From Rhodothermales bacterium (GTDB taxonomy: Bacteria > Bacteroidota > Rhodothermia > Rhodothermales > UBA10348), in NCBI GenBank assembly GCA_029249345.1, contig JAQWHM010000017.1, positions 262,456 through 326,455 of the forward strand: a stretch of 64,000 nt of DNA, given 5' to 3'. Positions 18,357-27,786 of this stretch are shown piece by piece (position 1 is the stretch's first letter; every line of letters begins with the position of its first letter). The notes under the pieces were generated by a model that was not told the origin of the DNA, ran no database searches, and saw only the letters and a program-made list of their open reading frames with translations. The translations under genes were made by a program, and so were the position numbers.

Positions 18357-18935
18357 TTGTCTATAAACCCTGAGCCAGCGTCCTCTTCGTCCAATCGCAT
18401 TAAAAGCACCACCGTTGTAGGTATTCGACACAACGGATCTGTTGTCCTTGGCTCCGACGGCCAAGCTACATTGGGAAGCACCGTCATGAAGAGCACGGCG
18501 CAAAAAGTGCGCTCCCTTTACGGTGGCAAGATTCTGGCAGGCTTCGCTGGAGCGACGGCCGATGCATTTACTCTTTTTGAACGGTTTGAAGAGAAACTTC
18601 AGCAATTCGGAGGAAATGTCACTCGCTCCGCAGTAGAGCTGGCCAAAGACTGGAGAACAGACAGATATCTTCGAAAACTAGAGGCCCTACTAGCGGTTGC
18701 CGCATCCGATCGTTTGTTGCTCATTAGCGGAACGGGAGACGTCATTGAACCCGACGATGAAATCGTTGCTATCGGTTCAGGCGGTCCATACGCCCTTGCC
18801 GCCGCACGCGCCATGCTCCGACACTCTCCGGATATGGCTTGCCGAGAAATGGTTGAGCAATCTTTGATTATAGCATCGGAAATATGCATTTACTCTAACA
18901 GTAATCTTACTATAATGGAATTGGAAGCGACGTAA
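18357..18935 (+). CDS. hslV: ATP-dependent protease subunit HslV
   Basis: [35 protein letters not shown] and [16 protein letters not shown] start gives a 17-residue extension before the catalytic Thr. Confidence 0.93.
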   Translation: MSINPEPASSSSNRIKSTTVVGIRHNGSVVLGSDGQATLGSTVMKSTAQKVRSLYGGKILAGFAGATADAFTLFERFEEKLQQFGGNVTRSAVELAKDWRTDRYLRKLEALLAVAASDRLLLISGTGDVIEPDDEIVAIGSGGPYALAAARAMLRHSPDMACREMVEQSLIIASEICIYSNSNLTIMELEAT

Positions 18936-18983
18936 TCCCTCAATACGGCTTTCCACTATTCAACAGTTTAGGAGGGTATTCAT

Positions 18984-19949
18984 ATGCCTGGACAACGATC
19001 TCAATCCCGACCTCGTTACCGAAACGCTATCGTTTTAATTGACTACACCAATGTCTTCGGTGTGGTATCGGAACGATCCGTAAACGATCAGCCGGATGCG
19101 GTAGTGCTCGATTTGATAAAAGAGCTTCACCGGCATATTTCTGACCATATGCATCTGAAACCGCTCAGAACACTCGCTTTTGCGAATTTACCGCCGGGTC
19201 ATGTCAAGGGACACCGGGCAACGGGCGCATGGTTGGCCCAAGGAATTGAGCCCCGATTCACATATGCCCGATCCACTGATGAGGCTTCGGCGATAGAGTT
19301 GGCTATGGAAGCCATGCAGCTAGCTTCAGACGCTGGACCTGATACGGCGTTTGTCCTACTCTCCGGCAATCAGTTGTTTGTCCCACTCGTTCAGCGCTTG
19401 CAGCGCCGAGGACATTTTGTGCTTGCTGCGACGCTTGAAAGTCCTTCAGCAAGCAATCATTTACCCAATGATTGTCAGGATGCTTACCTAAATGCAGATT
19501 TCTTGCTCAAAACAGGAGCGATGCAGGTGGAATTAGATCCATCCGGCGACCATAACTCGGGTATCATGCAGGCTTCCGGTGAGCCGTCGGAAGTTCATCC
19601 TATTACGGATGATATTGTCCGCAAAACCCTGGAGATTATTGACTCTTATTTTGGTCAATACGAAGAGATTTACTTGACTCCGCTCCTCAGAAGACTGTCG
19701 GAAATCTTTGCAGATTCGGAAGATGAGCCTAAAACGCTTATCAATGACCTCGAAAAAAGCGGGGCAGTGTGGCTCGAGAAACGGCGAGGCTTTCCTCACA
19801 ACTATACGATTCTCATGATAAATGAGAATCACCCTGATGTTGCGGAAATCAAGGATTCCCATTCCAATAAGGACGAATCCGACTATGATGATGGGTACTA
19901 CGATGAAGATGAACCCGCATCTGATGAAGATGCGCACTTTGATGACTGA
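18984..19949 (+). CDS. NYN/LabA-like domain protein (degenerate active site) with helical C-terminal domain and acidic tail
   Basis: VLIDYTN...[16 protein letters not shown]...[24 protein letters not shown] follows the NYN/LabA pattern, but SGDxDF is replaced by SGNQLF. The C-terminal tail is [25 protein letters not shown]. It lies between hslV and hslU on the same strand. Confidence 0.6.
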   Translation: MPGQRSQSRPRYRNAIVLIDYTNVFGVVSERSVNDQPDAVVLDLIKELHRHISDHMHLKPLRTLAFANLPPGHVKGHRATGAWLAQGIEPRFTYARSTDEASAIELAMEAMQLASDAGPDTAFVLLSGNQLFVPLVQRLQRRGHFVLAATLESPSASNHLPNDCQDAYLNADFLLKTGAMQVELDPSGDHNSGIMQASGEPSEVHPITDDIVRKTLEIIDSYFGQYEEIYLTPLLRRLSEIFADSEDEPKTLINDLEKSGAVWLEKRRGFPHNYTILMINENHPDVAEIKDSHSNKDESDYDDGYYDEDEPASDEDAHFDD

Positions 19950-19996
19950 TCGGATTACGTCCCTTTTTTAATTTCAAACGGATTAAGACCAAATTT

Positions 19997-21406
19997 ATGT
20001 CGTTCAACAGCGAACTGACCCCTCACCAGATTGTCACCGAATTGGACCGGTACATCATCGGGCAGCGTGATGCTAAAAAGAGCGTGGCTATAGCACTTCG
20101 AAATCGCTGGCGTCGCCTAAATGCTTCTCTAGAGATGAGAGAGGAGATTATGCCAAACAATATTATCATGATTGGCCCAACGGGAGTTGGTAAAACCGAG
20201 ATAGCGCGTAGGCTGGCTAAGCTGTCCGGTGCGCCGTTCATTAAGGTAGAAGCAACTAAGTTTACCGAGGTCGGCTATGTCGGCCGTGATGTTGACTCGA
20301 TGATAAGGGACCTCACCGATATCGCCATCAATATGGTGCGAGAAGAGCACACTGAGTCGGTGCAAGAAAAGGCAAAGGCGCACGCAGAGGACCGTATCCT
20401 TGATTTGTTGATCCCTCCAGCGCCCGTATCGCGACCTGTTGTCCCAGAGAACACACTTCCGGCACCATCAACGGAAACCGGAACGGAATCGGCTAATGAC
20501 GAAGAGTCGTTACGGAATCGAACAAGGGACAAGTTCAGAAAGAAACTTCGTGCAGGAGATCTTGATGATCGTGAGTTGGAAATCGATGTAACCGCTGATG
20601 GCTCACCCATGCTGCAGGTTTTTGGCCCAATGGGTATGGAGGAAATGGGAGTAAACTTTCAAGATATACTTGGCAACCTGGGTGGCGGAAAAAAGAGCAA
20701 AAAGCGTAGAATGCCCGTTTCTGAAGCTCGGGAGCTCTTAACACAGGAGGAGGCCAACAAACTTATTGATATGGACAAGGTCACCAAACAGGCGCTGACT
20801 CGTGTCCAACAGGCTGGCATTGTGTTTATCGACGAAATAGACAAAGTGGCCTCAAGGTCCGGAAGTGGTAAGTCGGGTCCCGATGTTTCTCGAGAGGGTG
20901 TGCAGAGAGACCTGCTGCCCATTGTCGAGGGATCAGGCGTAATGACGAAATATGGAATGGTCAAGACAGACCACATTCTGTTCATTGCGAGTGGAGCCTT
21001 TCATATTGCCAAGCCAAGCGATCTCATTCCAGAACTCCAAGGGCGATTCCCCATCCGCGTTGAGCTCACAAATCTGACAGAAGATGATTTCTACAAAATC
21101 CTGACAGTCCCTAAAAATGCGCTCCTCAAGCAATACCAGGCTCTATTAGCCTCAGAAGGGGTCACAGTAGACTTCAAGGATGAAGCGGTTAAAGAGGTGG
21201 CTTCTATGGCCGCCGCGGTAAACGAGGAAGTTGAAAACATTGGTGCTCGACGGCTTCATACCATTCTAACGACCCTTCTAGAAGACATCCTGTTTGACGT
21301 ACCTGACGCCATGAAGGACGACTCTTTTGAGGTAGATAAGGCGATGGTTCAGGAAAAACTATCCGAAGTCGTAGAAAACAGGGATTTAAGTCAATACATC
21401 CTGTGA
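19997..21406 (+). CDS. hslU: ATP-dependent protease ATPase subunit HslU
   Basis: [22 protein letters not shown], Walker [25 protein letters not shown], and a C-terminal DLSQYIL ending. Confidence 0.96.
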   Translation: MSFNSELTPHQIVTELDRYIIGQRDAKKSVAIALRNRWRRLNASLEMREEIMPNNIIMIGPTGVGKTEIARRLAKLSGAPFIKVEATKFTEVGYVGRDVDSMIRDLTDIAINMVREEHTESVQEKAKAHAEDRILDLLIPPAPVSRPVVPENTLPAPSTETGTESANDEESLRNRTRDKFRKKLRAGDLDDRELEIDVTADGSPMLQVFGPMGMEEMGVNFQDILGNLGGGKKSKKRRMPVSEARELLTQEEANKLIDMDKVTKQALTRVQQAGIVFIDEIDKVASRSGSGKSGPDVSREGVQRDLLPIVEGSGVMTKYGMVKTDHILFIASGAFHIAKPSDLIPELQGRFPIRVELTNLTEDDFYKILTVPKNALLKQYQALLASEGVTVDFKDEAVKEVASMAAAVNEEVENIGARRLHTILTTLLEDILFDVPDAMKDDSFEVDKAMVQEKLSEVVENRDLSQYIL

Positions 21407-22380
21407 GTTCGCAGGAGCATATGGATCCAAAGATTATTGTGGACCAAGTTGAGGCCCGCGCTCTTTGGCAAGATCTACTACGAAACGCCGTAGTTGTTAG
21501 CCCTTTTGATGACTTCGACTTTTTAGACGGGCTTGCCGCGTTATACGGATGGTCTGTCAAAACCGTCGTGTGGGGTCAGCGGTTAGGCGTCCGTTTTGTT
21601 GAACGGTCGCGAATAGGCATTCGGGATATCGTCGTTCCACCGTTTGTACCCTTCTCCAGTGTTTTGCTTTCCAGCGAGGTACCGCTTGATGAACGACTAA
21701 ATACACTAAACCTTGCGTTTCATCCGCTATCTGGTCTTCCAGATTCCAGGCTAATATCGCTACATCCTACCCTTGGCAGAATAGGAGTGCTCAGCCCAAC
21801 GGGATACTCTTTTCGTGAAAAGGCAACCTACGAAGTACCTACAGGCTCGAAAGAGGAGGTGCTTTCACGCTTATCAGAAAGCACTGCTAGGAAGTACAAA
21901 AAATCGCATGATCAATACGATTTTAGGGCAGGCGAAATTGAATCTGTTTTCATTGCCGACATGGTTAAGCAGGCGTACGACAAGCATAGTAAACGTATTT
22001 CCCTTCCAACGGGTGCACTAGGCGTCTTTTGTGACGGACTCACCCAACGACAATTCGCGACCTCTGTTGGAGCCTACAATCGCGACTCGGGCGCATTGGA
22101 AGCTGGGATTGTACTCTTGATGAATGAGGATACTGCATGGTATTGGCTAGCTGGGAGTCAGCCCGGGCCTGCAATGACTGTCCTACTCGTCGATACGCTA
22201 GTCCATCTAAAAACACTGGGCAGATCCTCCATGGATCTGATGGGCGCCAACACACCTGGCATCACGGAATTCAAGCGGCGATTTGGTGGCGACCTAGTAA
22301 ACTATCCTCACCTCCATAAAAGTACGTTTCTGACCGCCCTTCTCTCCTCCTCAGCCAGTTACTTCAGAAAGCTTACGTGA
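21403..22380 (+). CDS. FemAB/BioF2-like GNAT-fold acyltransferase family protein (tentative)
   Basis: 325-aa ORF with C-terminal WYWLAGS...[24 protein letters not shown], resembling FemAB-like/Acetyltransf_6 families. GTG 21403 overlaps the hslU stop (GTGA); alternative ATG at 21421. Confidence 0.5.
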   Translation: MSSQEHMDPKIIVDQVEARALWQDLLRNAVVVSPFDDFDFLDGLAALYGWSVKTVVWGQRLGVRFVERSRIGIRDIVVPPFVPFSSVLLSSEVPLDERLNTLNLAFHPLSGLPDSRLISLHPTLGRIGVLSPTGYSFREKATYEVPTGSKEEVLSRLSESTARKYKKSHDQYDFRAGEIESVFIADMVKQAYDKHSKRISLPTGALGVFCDGLTQRQFATSVGAYNRDSGALEAGIVLLMNEDTAWYWLAGSQPGPAMTVLLVDTLVHLKTLGRSSMDLMGANTPGITEFKRRFGGDLVNYPHLHKSTFLTALLSSSASYFRKLT

Positions 22381-23975
22381 ACAAGGAGTCTCATCACCAT
22401 TCCCGTGGCTGGTTCAGAGCAGCCCTCAGTACGGTCATACTTGCTGGCTCCGTGTATTTTTTGAGATTTGGGTATGGCTTCGGAGTAAGTGATCAGGATG
22501 AATTGATTCCACTCGCCATGAAATTCATGGATCCGACAGCCTTTCAAAATGACTGGTTCGTGGCTTATCAGGCTTCTGAATTTGGCGTTCGAACAATCCC
22601 AGCTCATCTACTTGCCTTCTTTGCCAAAATCGCACCCATGGAGACGGTAGTCCTCATCCTGCATATGCTGACCTGGGTTGCGCTGTGTGGGGCTCTTTTT
22701 TCAATCGCAGAACGCATGTGGGCAAACAGAGCAGCATCTGCCTTTTTCGTCCTGCTAGTTGCCGTTATTTCAGCCAGATGGAATCCAGGAGGAAACGATT
22801 TAATACATGCCGTTTTAGTACCCAGCTCGATTTCGTGGGCGCTTTCGCTGTGGGGGTATGATCGCATTCTTGGTAAAATGCCGTTTCAGGCTGGAATTTT
22901 GACCGGCCTTGCCATTCTCATTCAACCGCTTGTCGGATTGCAGGTTGGAGCCGTCTTCCTTGTCCTTCTGTTTGTACAACAACGATCTAAGGCCTGGATG
23001 TTTGCGGTGCCATTTTTACTAGCTGCCCTTCCTATTTCGCTGGCCCTGAGTGGACTTTCTGGCGATAGCTCGAGTGCCGTCGATGCGAGCTTCATTTTAA
23101 CACAGGTTCGTTCTCCCCACCATTATTACCCGGAATATTTTAGTCTTGCTCATTCGGTCAGGTGGTTCGCGATGCTTCCCATCGGTTTGGGAATGCTGTT
23201 CTATTACAGAAAAAGCCACGATGCGGTCCACATGGGCCTACAGGTTTTAATCATCGTGCTAGGCGTACTAGCGACTTCTTATTTAGTGATTAACGTATTT
23301 GACTGGCAGCTCTTAGTTCGTTTACAGCCTTTCAAACTAAGTGTATTTGCACGTTTGATCGCTCTTTCAGGTTGCGTTCTTCTTCTAACCCAGATTCCTA
23401 CCCCAAAAATCTGGACCAAGGTCTCGTCTGCCATCAGCTCTAGTCGATTCTTAGCAGCGTCCTTTGTCCTATTAGCAATCTCATTAATGAGTCCTCAATT
23501 CAGTCCCTACTTGAGCGAGCGAACTCAATTAGTGGATAGTAGCCTGATGGAGGCCTTTAAATGGATTGAGGAAAACACACCCGAAGATGCTGTTTTTGCC
23601 ATTCCCCCGAGTTTAACAGGGTTCCAGATTCACACGAGCCGCGCTCAATACGTCAATTTCAAAGCGTACCCTTTTGATTCTAGCCAATCCACAGAATGGT
23701 TACGCAGGCTACGTACCATTGCCCCGGTAAGCGAAGTATTACCGGGGGGCGTACCCTTACTTAGAAATTTTGAATCGTCGTATACTGCGCAATCGCCTGC
23801 TCGGATGGGCTCTGTATTGTTAGAGGAAGGAATCGATTTTGTATTTCGACCGTTCCCCTCAGAAGAAACCAATAAGCAGTCTGACTGGAATACGAAGTCT
23901 GCGACTTGGTGCAATTCCACATGGTGCGTTTTTGAGACCGCCCAAATTCTCTCAGAAGAACCACATATCGATTGA
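22377..23975 (+). CDS. polytopic membrane protein, GT-C-like glycosyltransferase candidate
   Basis: About 11-13 hydrophobic segments. An acidic first-loop motif (GVSDQDELIP) follows TM1, as in GT-C enzymes. C-terminal soluble ~150 aa. GTG start overlaps the upstream stop. Confidence 0.5.
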   Translation: MNKESHHHSRGWFRAALSTVILAGSVYFLRFGYGFGVSDQDELIPLAMKFMDPTAFQNDWFVAYQASEFGVRTIPAHLLAFFAKIAPMETVVLILHMLTWVALCGALFSIAERMWANRAASAFFVLLVAVISARWNPGGNDLIHAVLVPSSISWALSLWGYDRILGKMPFQAGILTGLAILIQPLVGLQVGAVFLVLLFVQQRSKAWMFAVPFLLAALPISLALSGLSGDSSSAVDASFILTQVRSPHHYYPEYFSLAHSVRWFAMLPIGLGMLFYYRKSHDAVHMGLQVLIIVLGVLATSYLVINVFDWQLLVRLQPFKLSVFARLIALSGCVLLLTQIPTPKIWTKVSSAISSSRFLAASFVLLAISLMSPQFSPYLSERTQLVDSSLMEAFKWIEENTPEDAVFAIPPSLTGFQIHTSRAQYVNFKAYPFDSSQSTEWLRRLRTIAPVSEVLPGGVPLLRNFESSYTAQSPARMGSVLLEEGIDFVFRPFPSEETNKQSDWNTKSATWCNSTWCVFETAQILSEEPHID

Positions 23976-25450
23976 GCATTAAGCAACGCATCTTAGGACT
24001 TTTAGGAGATTCCAGCTTTAGGGCACCGGTCATAAAGCTCCTTTCGGGTACCGGAGTAGCCTTTCTGATTGGATATCTGGCCAAAATAGTTCTACTAAGG
24101 ATCTACCCGGCCGAGTATTGGGGCATAGCTGACTATATCGTGACTTGGGTTACGATTCTGGTGCCTCTCTCCTCCCTCCGCTACGAAGATGCGCTAATGT
24201 TGCCCGAGAATCGGAGAACATCGGCTCACGCCTACTTGCTTGCCATCTCTACGGTCGTCATCTCAACCGTACTCCTTTTGGTGCTCATCGCGTTCTTTCC
24301 CCCAGTGATTGAGTTTTTCGCAGAACGAGAGATTGGTAGATGGGCTCTTTTCCTTCCTTTGGCACTCTTTGCTAATCGAGTCGCAAAAATCAGCGAGCTT
24401 TGGCTTTCTAGGCAAGAGTCGTTCGGAACGATTTCAATCGGACAAATTGTTCAAAGTGGCTCCATGACCACAATTCGGGTCACTTCCGGACTCATCGGCC
24501 CGGGTCCAGGGGGCCTTTTGTGGGGGTTTATAGGCGGATACCTGCTTTCGACGGCTTCATACCTAAAACGAGTTTGGAATACGCTCAAGGACTCGCTGCA
24601 AGGCCCGGTCAAAAAACAAGAACTGAACTATGTCGCTCGCCGATATAGAAAATTCCCCTTGTTTACGATGCCGGCCGCCCTTCTCAGTGCATTAATTACT
24701 CGGATGCCTTTCTTGGCAATACCCGAGTTCTTTGACTGGGAAATCATGGGGCAGTTTTCGCAAGGGTTCAACGTTCTATTTGTACCGCTTAGCTTGCTGG
24801 GTTCGTCAGTGGCTCAGGTGTTTTTTGTCCGTGCAGTTGAAGTAAATCGAGCGGGTAAGTTGGCTCAGTTTTCTGCTAATGTCCACGGGCGTCTGGTATT
24901 GATGTCCATTTTTCCAGTAAGCATTCTGATGGTGGCTGGTGGAGACATCTTTCATGCCCTTTTTGGAGCTGAATGGCGTGTTTCGGGCGATTTCCTGCTA
25001 TGGATAGCACCTTGGATTATGTTGTCCATTGTCGCCTCACCGATGACGCGACTTTTTGATGTTCTGGAACGTCAGAAACTGGAGTTCATCACGGTCTTTG
25101 TTATGTTTATCGTGATTTTAGGGGCTGTTTATTTGGGAGGGCAGTCTGGGGATATCCATCAACTAGTGCTCTATCTGGGGGTGGGCGGCACCTTAGTACG
25201 ATTCGGACAGATTATTTTGCTCTTAAAGCTATCCGGTACCTCTCTCAGGGATACCTTATCGCCCTACTTCAAATACACCCTCGCGGTCGCTCCCATTTTA
25301 ATAGGCGTCTGGTTTGCCACTACGTTTGATAGCCCATGGATTTCCACCTCAGCTGCTGCGCTAGGTGGACTCTTATTCGCCGCCTATGTATTCATTGCTG
25401 AGCGATCTCGCTCCCGCTCAAAAGCTTCTGAAACCTCATCTGATGCCTAA
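23972..25450 (+). CDS. Wzx/MOP-family oligosaccharide flippase-like membrane protein
   Basis: 492 aa with about 12-14 TM segments. The N-terminus (LSGTGVAFLIGYLAKIVLLRIYPAEYWG) is typical of polysaccharide flippases. TTG start overlaps the upstream stop. Confidence 0.65.
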   Translation: MSIKQRILGLLGDSSFRAPVIKLLSGTGVAFLIGYLAKIVLLRIYPAEYWGIADYIVTWVTILVPLSSLRYEDALMLPENRRTSAHAYLLAISTVVISTVLLLVLIAFFPPVIEFFAEREIGRWALFLPLALFANRVAKISELWLSRQESFGTISIGQIVQSGSMTTIRVTSGLIGPGPGGLLWGFIGGYLLSTASYLKRVWNTLKDSLQGPVKKQELNYVARRYRKFPLFTMPAALLSALITRMPFLAIPEFFDWEIMGQFSQGFNVLFVPLSLLGSSVAQVFFVRAVEVNRAGKLAQFSANVHGRLVLMSIFPVSILMVAGGDIFHALFGAEWRVSGDFLLWIAPWIMLSIVASPMTRLFDVLERQKLEFITVFVMFIVILGAVYLGGQSGDIHQLVLYLGVGGTLVRFGQIILLLKLSGTSLRDTLSPYFKYTLAVAPILIGVWFATTFDSPWISTSAAALGGLLFAAYVFIAERSRSRSKASETSSDA

Positions 25451-26309
25451 TTTCTTTTCAAATATCATATGTATATCCACTCTTTGCCTGTTAATCGGCG
25501 GATGCTCAACGAGTGACTCACCTGTTAGCGTTACCGCAATGACGTTTAATATTAGGTGGGATAATCCTAACGATGGTGTAGATGGTTGGGATTTACGCAA
25601 AGACTGGGTGTCTGATGTGATCACCGAAAGTGGAGCTGAGATCATCGGGCTTCAGGAAGCGTTGCTTCATCAGATTGCTCATTTGGATTCGTCGTCCGCA
25701 GGCTTTGATTGGATCGGAGTGGGGCGTGATGATGGAAAGACGCAAGGCGAGCTTTCCCCTATCCTATTTGATACGACGAAATGGACCGTTTTAGAGTGGG
25801 ATACACGTTGGCTTTCTTCAACACCAGATTCTGTTGGTGTGGCAGGTTGGGATGCTGCTCTTCCACGTATAGCAACGATTGCCACTTTACAACATGTGAA
25901 AACCCAATTTGAATTACGGGTTATCAATACTCATTTCGATCACCGGGGTGAGACGGCCAGATTAGAGAGTGCAAAACTGATTCGAGATTGGGCGCTCGAG
26001 GGAAATAAGCCTGTATTGGTACTCGGTGACTTCAACTTCAAACAGCATGAACCTCCTTACGCAGCGCTGACAGACACAGTCGCAGATCGCTTCTTACGTG
26101 ACGCAGGGACTGGTGACACTACATCTACCTTCAAAGGGTTTGATGCCCTGAAGCCCGTCTCCGGAGCGCGAATCGACTACGTTTTATCAGCGGGACATCA
26201 AGGGCCCGATCAAAACGGCCAATATGCTACCTACTCAGTGATTGAGTCGATACGCAGTGATCGTTTTGTGTCTGATCACCTCCCAGTATTGAGCACCCTC
26301 CGGTATTAA
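25443..26309 (+). CDS. endonuclease/exonuclease/phosphatase (EEP) family lipoprotein
   Basis: Lipobox LLIGGC; MTFNIRWDN, GLQE, NTHFDH, LGDFN and SDHLPV motifs of the EEP fold. ATG 25443 overlaps the flippase 3' end by 8 nt. Confidence 0.85.
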   Translation: MPNFFSNIICISTLCLLIGGCSTSDSPVSVTAMTFNIRWDNPNDGVDGWDLRKDWVSDVITESGAEIIGLQEALLHQIAHLDSSSAGFDWIGVGRDDGKTQGELSPILFDTTKWTVLEWDTRWLSSTPDSVGVAGWDAALPRIATIATLQHVKTQFELRVINTHFDHRGETARLESAKLIRDWALEGNKPVLVLGDFNFKQHEPPYAALTDTVADRFLRDAGTGDTTSTFKGFDALKPVSGARIDYVLSAGHQGPDQNGQYATYSVIESIRSDRFVSDHLPVLSTLRY

Positions 26310-26354
26310 AGCCAGCTATTGGGTACGGCTCTTATTACGCAACACGTGTAGACA

Positions 26355-26389
26355 TAAAAAAAAGCGGGGTCGGCTATTGCCGGCCCCGC
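26355..26389 (-). terminator. rho-independent terminator downstream of tRNA-Gly (minus strand)
   Basis: On the minus strand: GCGGGGCCGG-CAATAG-CCGACCCCGC (one mismatch) followed by T8. It also lies 46 nt past the end of the plus-strand hslV-to-EEP gene string. Confidence 0.8.
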
Positions 26390-26395
26390 ATCCTG

Positions 26396-26467
26396 AGCGG
26401 GTGATGAGATTCGAACTCACGACCCTCACGTTGGCAACGTGATGCTCTACCACTGAGCTACACCCGC
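26396..26467 (-). tRNA. tRNA-Gly (anticodon GCC)
   Basis: Reverse complement folds as a 72-nt cloverleaf: acceptor GCGGGTG/CACCCGC, D arm GCTC/GAGC, anticodon stem TCACG/CGTGA with loop TTGCCAA, T loop TTCGAAT, discriminator T. Confidence 0.93.
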
Positions 26468-26482
26468 TTTTGAGAGAGCGCA

Positions 26483-26511
26483 ATAATACGCTGAACCCCT
26501 TCACAGATCAA
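26483..26511 (-). promoter_or_regulatory. sigma70-like promoter candidate for tRNA-Gly
   Basis: On the minus strand: TTGATC, 17-nt spacer, TATTAT, then 15 nt to the tRNA 5' end. Confidence 0.4.
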
Positions 26512-26699
26512 GCCCTTAATACGCCTTTACATGAACCTCACGAATGCAGGTCCCCGAAAATGCGTATTCAGTCCCCAAAAGAGCGATCATCCGTCATTCA
26601 CTTAAAGTTGACATCAGGCTTACGCTCTAAGTGCGTGCATTGCGCGCCTGTGTCGTAGATTTTGCGCTTACAACACTTCAACGCATCCGTTTTTCAGCT

Positions 26700-27566
26700 A
26701 TGGCTCAGCTCATCGATGGCAAAGTATTGTCCGCACAGATTCGCGCAGAAGTTAAAGAGGCCGTTTCGAAACGGATTGACAGCGGAAAACGCCCTCCTTA
26801 CCTCGCAGTCGTACTTATTGGTGAAGATCCAGCGTCAGCATCTTATGTTCGCGGCAAGGCCAAAGCGTCGGCTGAAGTCGGAATCCGAAGTGATACCATG
26901 ACATATGATGCGGACATTTCGGAGCAGGAAGTACTTAAGATTGTTGAACGTCTAAACCGAGATGATTCCGTAGACGGCATCCTCGTACAATTACCGCTAC
27001 CCAGCCATATCGATGACCGAAAAATAATTAACGCTATTTCGCCAGCGAAAGACGTCGATTGTTTCCACCCCGAAAGTGTGGGAAATCTTGTCATCGGATT
27101 GGATGGCTTTCAGCCAGCGACTCCTGCTGGAATTATAGAAATGATTACTCGATCTGGCATTGAAACCTCGGGCCAACATTGCGTGATTATTGGGCGTTCA
27201 AATATTGTTGGGAAGCCTTTAGCGAACCTGATGCTGAAAAAAGGAATCGATGCGACCGTTACCGTCTGCCACAGTCGAACGAAAAACCTTCCTGAAATAG
27301 CACGACAAGCCGATATTCTGGTTGCTGCTATTGGATGGCCCAATTTTGTGACCGGCGACATGGTCAAAGAAGGCGCTATTGTCATTGATGTAGGTATTAA
27401 CCGAGTAGATGATGCATCCCGAGAGAGAGGATATCGCCTAGTTGGAGATGTGGATTTTGGGGCGGCATTCGAAAAGGCCAGTTACATTACGCCCGTACCT
27501 GGCGGAGTAGGGCCCATGACCATTGCCGTGCTTCTTCAGAATACACTAAAGGCCGCGACCTCCTAG
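26700..27566 (+). CDS. folD: bifunctional methylenetetrahydrofolate dehydrogenase / methenyl-THF cyclohydrolase
   Basis: MAQLIDGKVLSAQIR start, YVRGKAKA, DGILVQLPLP, VIIGRSNIVGKP and PVPGGVGPMT motifs. ATG 26700 preferred over the 26631 ORF-track start. Confidence 0.95.
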   Translation: MAQLIDGKVLSAQIRAEVKEAVSKRIDSGKRPPYLAVVLIGEDPASASYVRGKAKASAEVGIRSDTMTYDADISEQEVLKIVERLNRDDSVDGILVQLPLPSHIDDRKIINAISPAKDVDCFHPESVGNLVIGLDGFQPATPAGIIEMITRSGIETSGQHCVIIGRSNIVGKPLANLMLKKGIDATVTVCHSRTKNLPEIARQADILVAAIGWPNFVTGDMVKEGAIVIDVGINRVDDASRERGYRLVGDVDFGAAFEKASYITPVPGGVGPMTIAVLLQNTLKAATS

Positions 27567-27786
27567 CTCGCCCTTCCTTGAGTGTTGGGACAGCATGTTT
27601 TCTCTTATGCATTGCTGCCCTTGATGTTATGTCGTGTTTTGTGAACTGAATACTAGAGCAGGTTTTAGCTCCCTTTGGCTTGAGTAGTTGGGATTGTAGC
27701 CGATCCTTTTGACGTGGGTGCGCGCGCAGATACGTGAGATGCGCGGACGCTCCAATTGTCAAACGGCAAAATCATATCTCAAAGCC

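Noticed and set aside
26468-26699. Possible ZTP (pfl) or other folate/purine riboswitch in the 232-nt region upstream of folD; also considered upstream of purN/purH
   Set aside because: I could not find the conserved ZTP elements (GGGTCGTGACTGGCGA-like 5' part, CCGCCTGGGC-like 3' part). The region is better explained by the tRNA-Gly promoter and the folD 5' UTR. An Infernal scan would be decisive.
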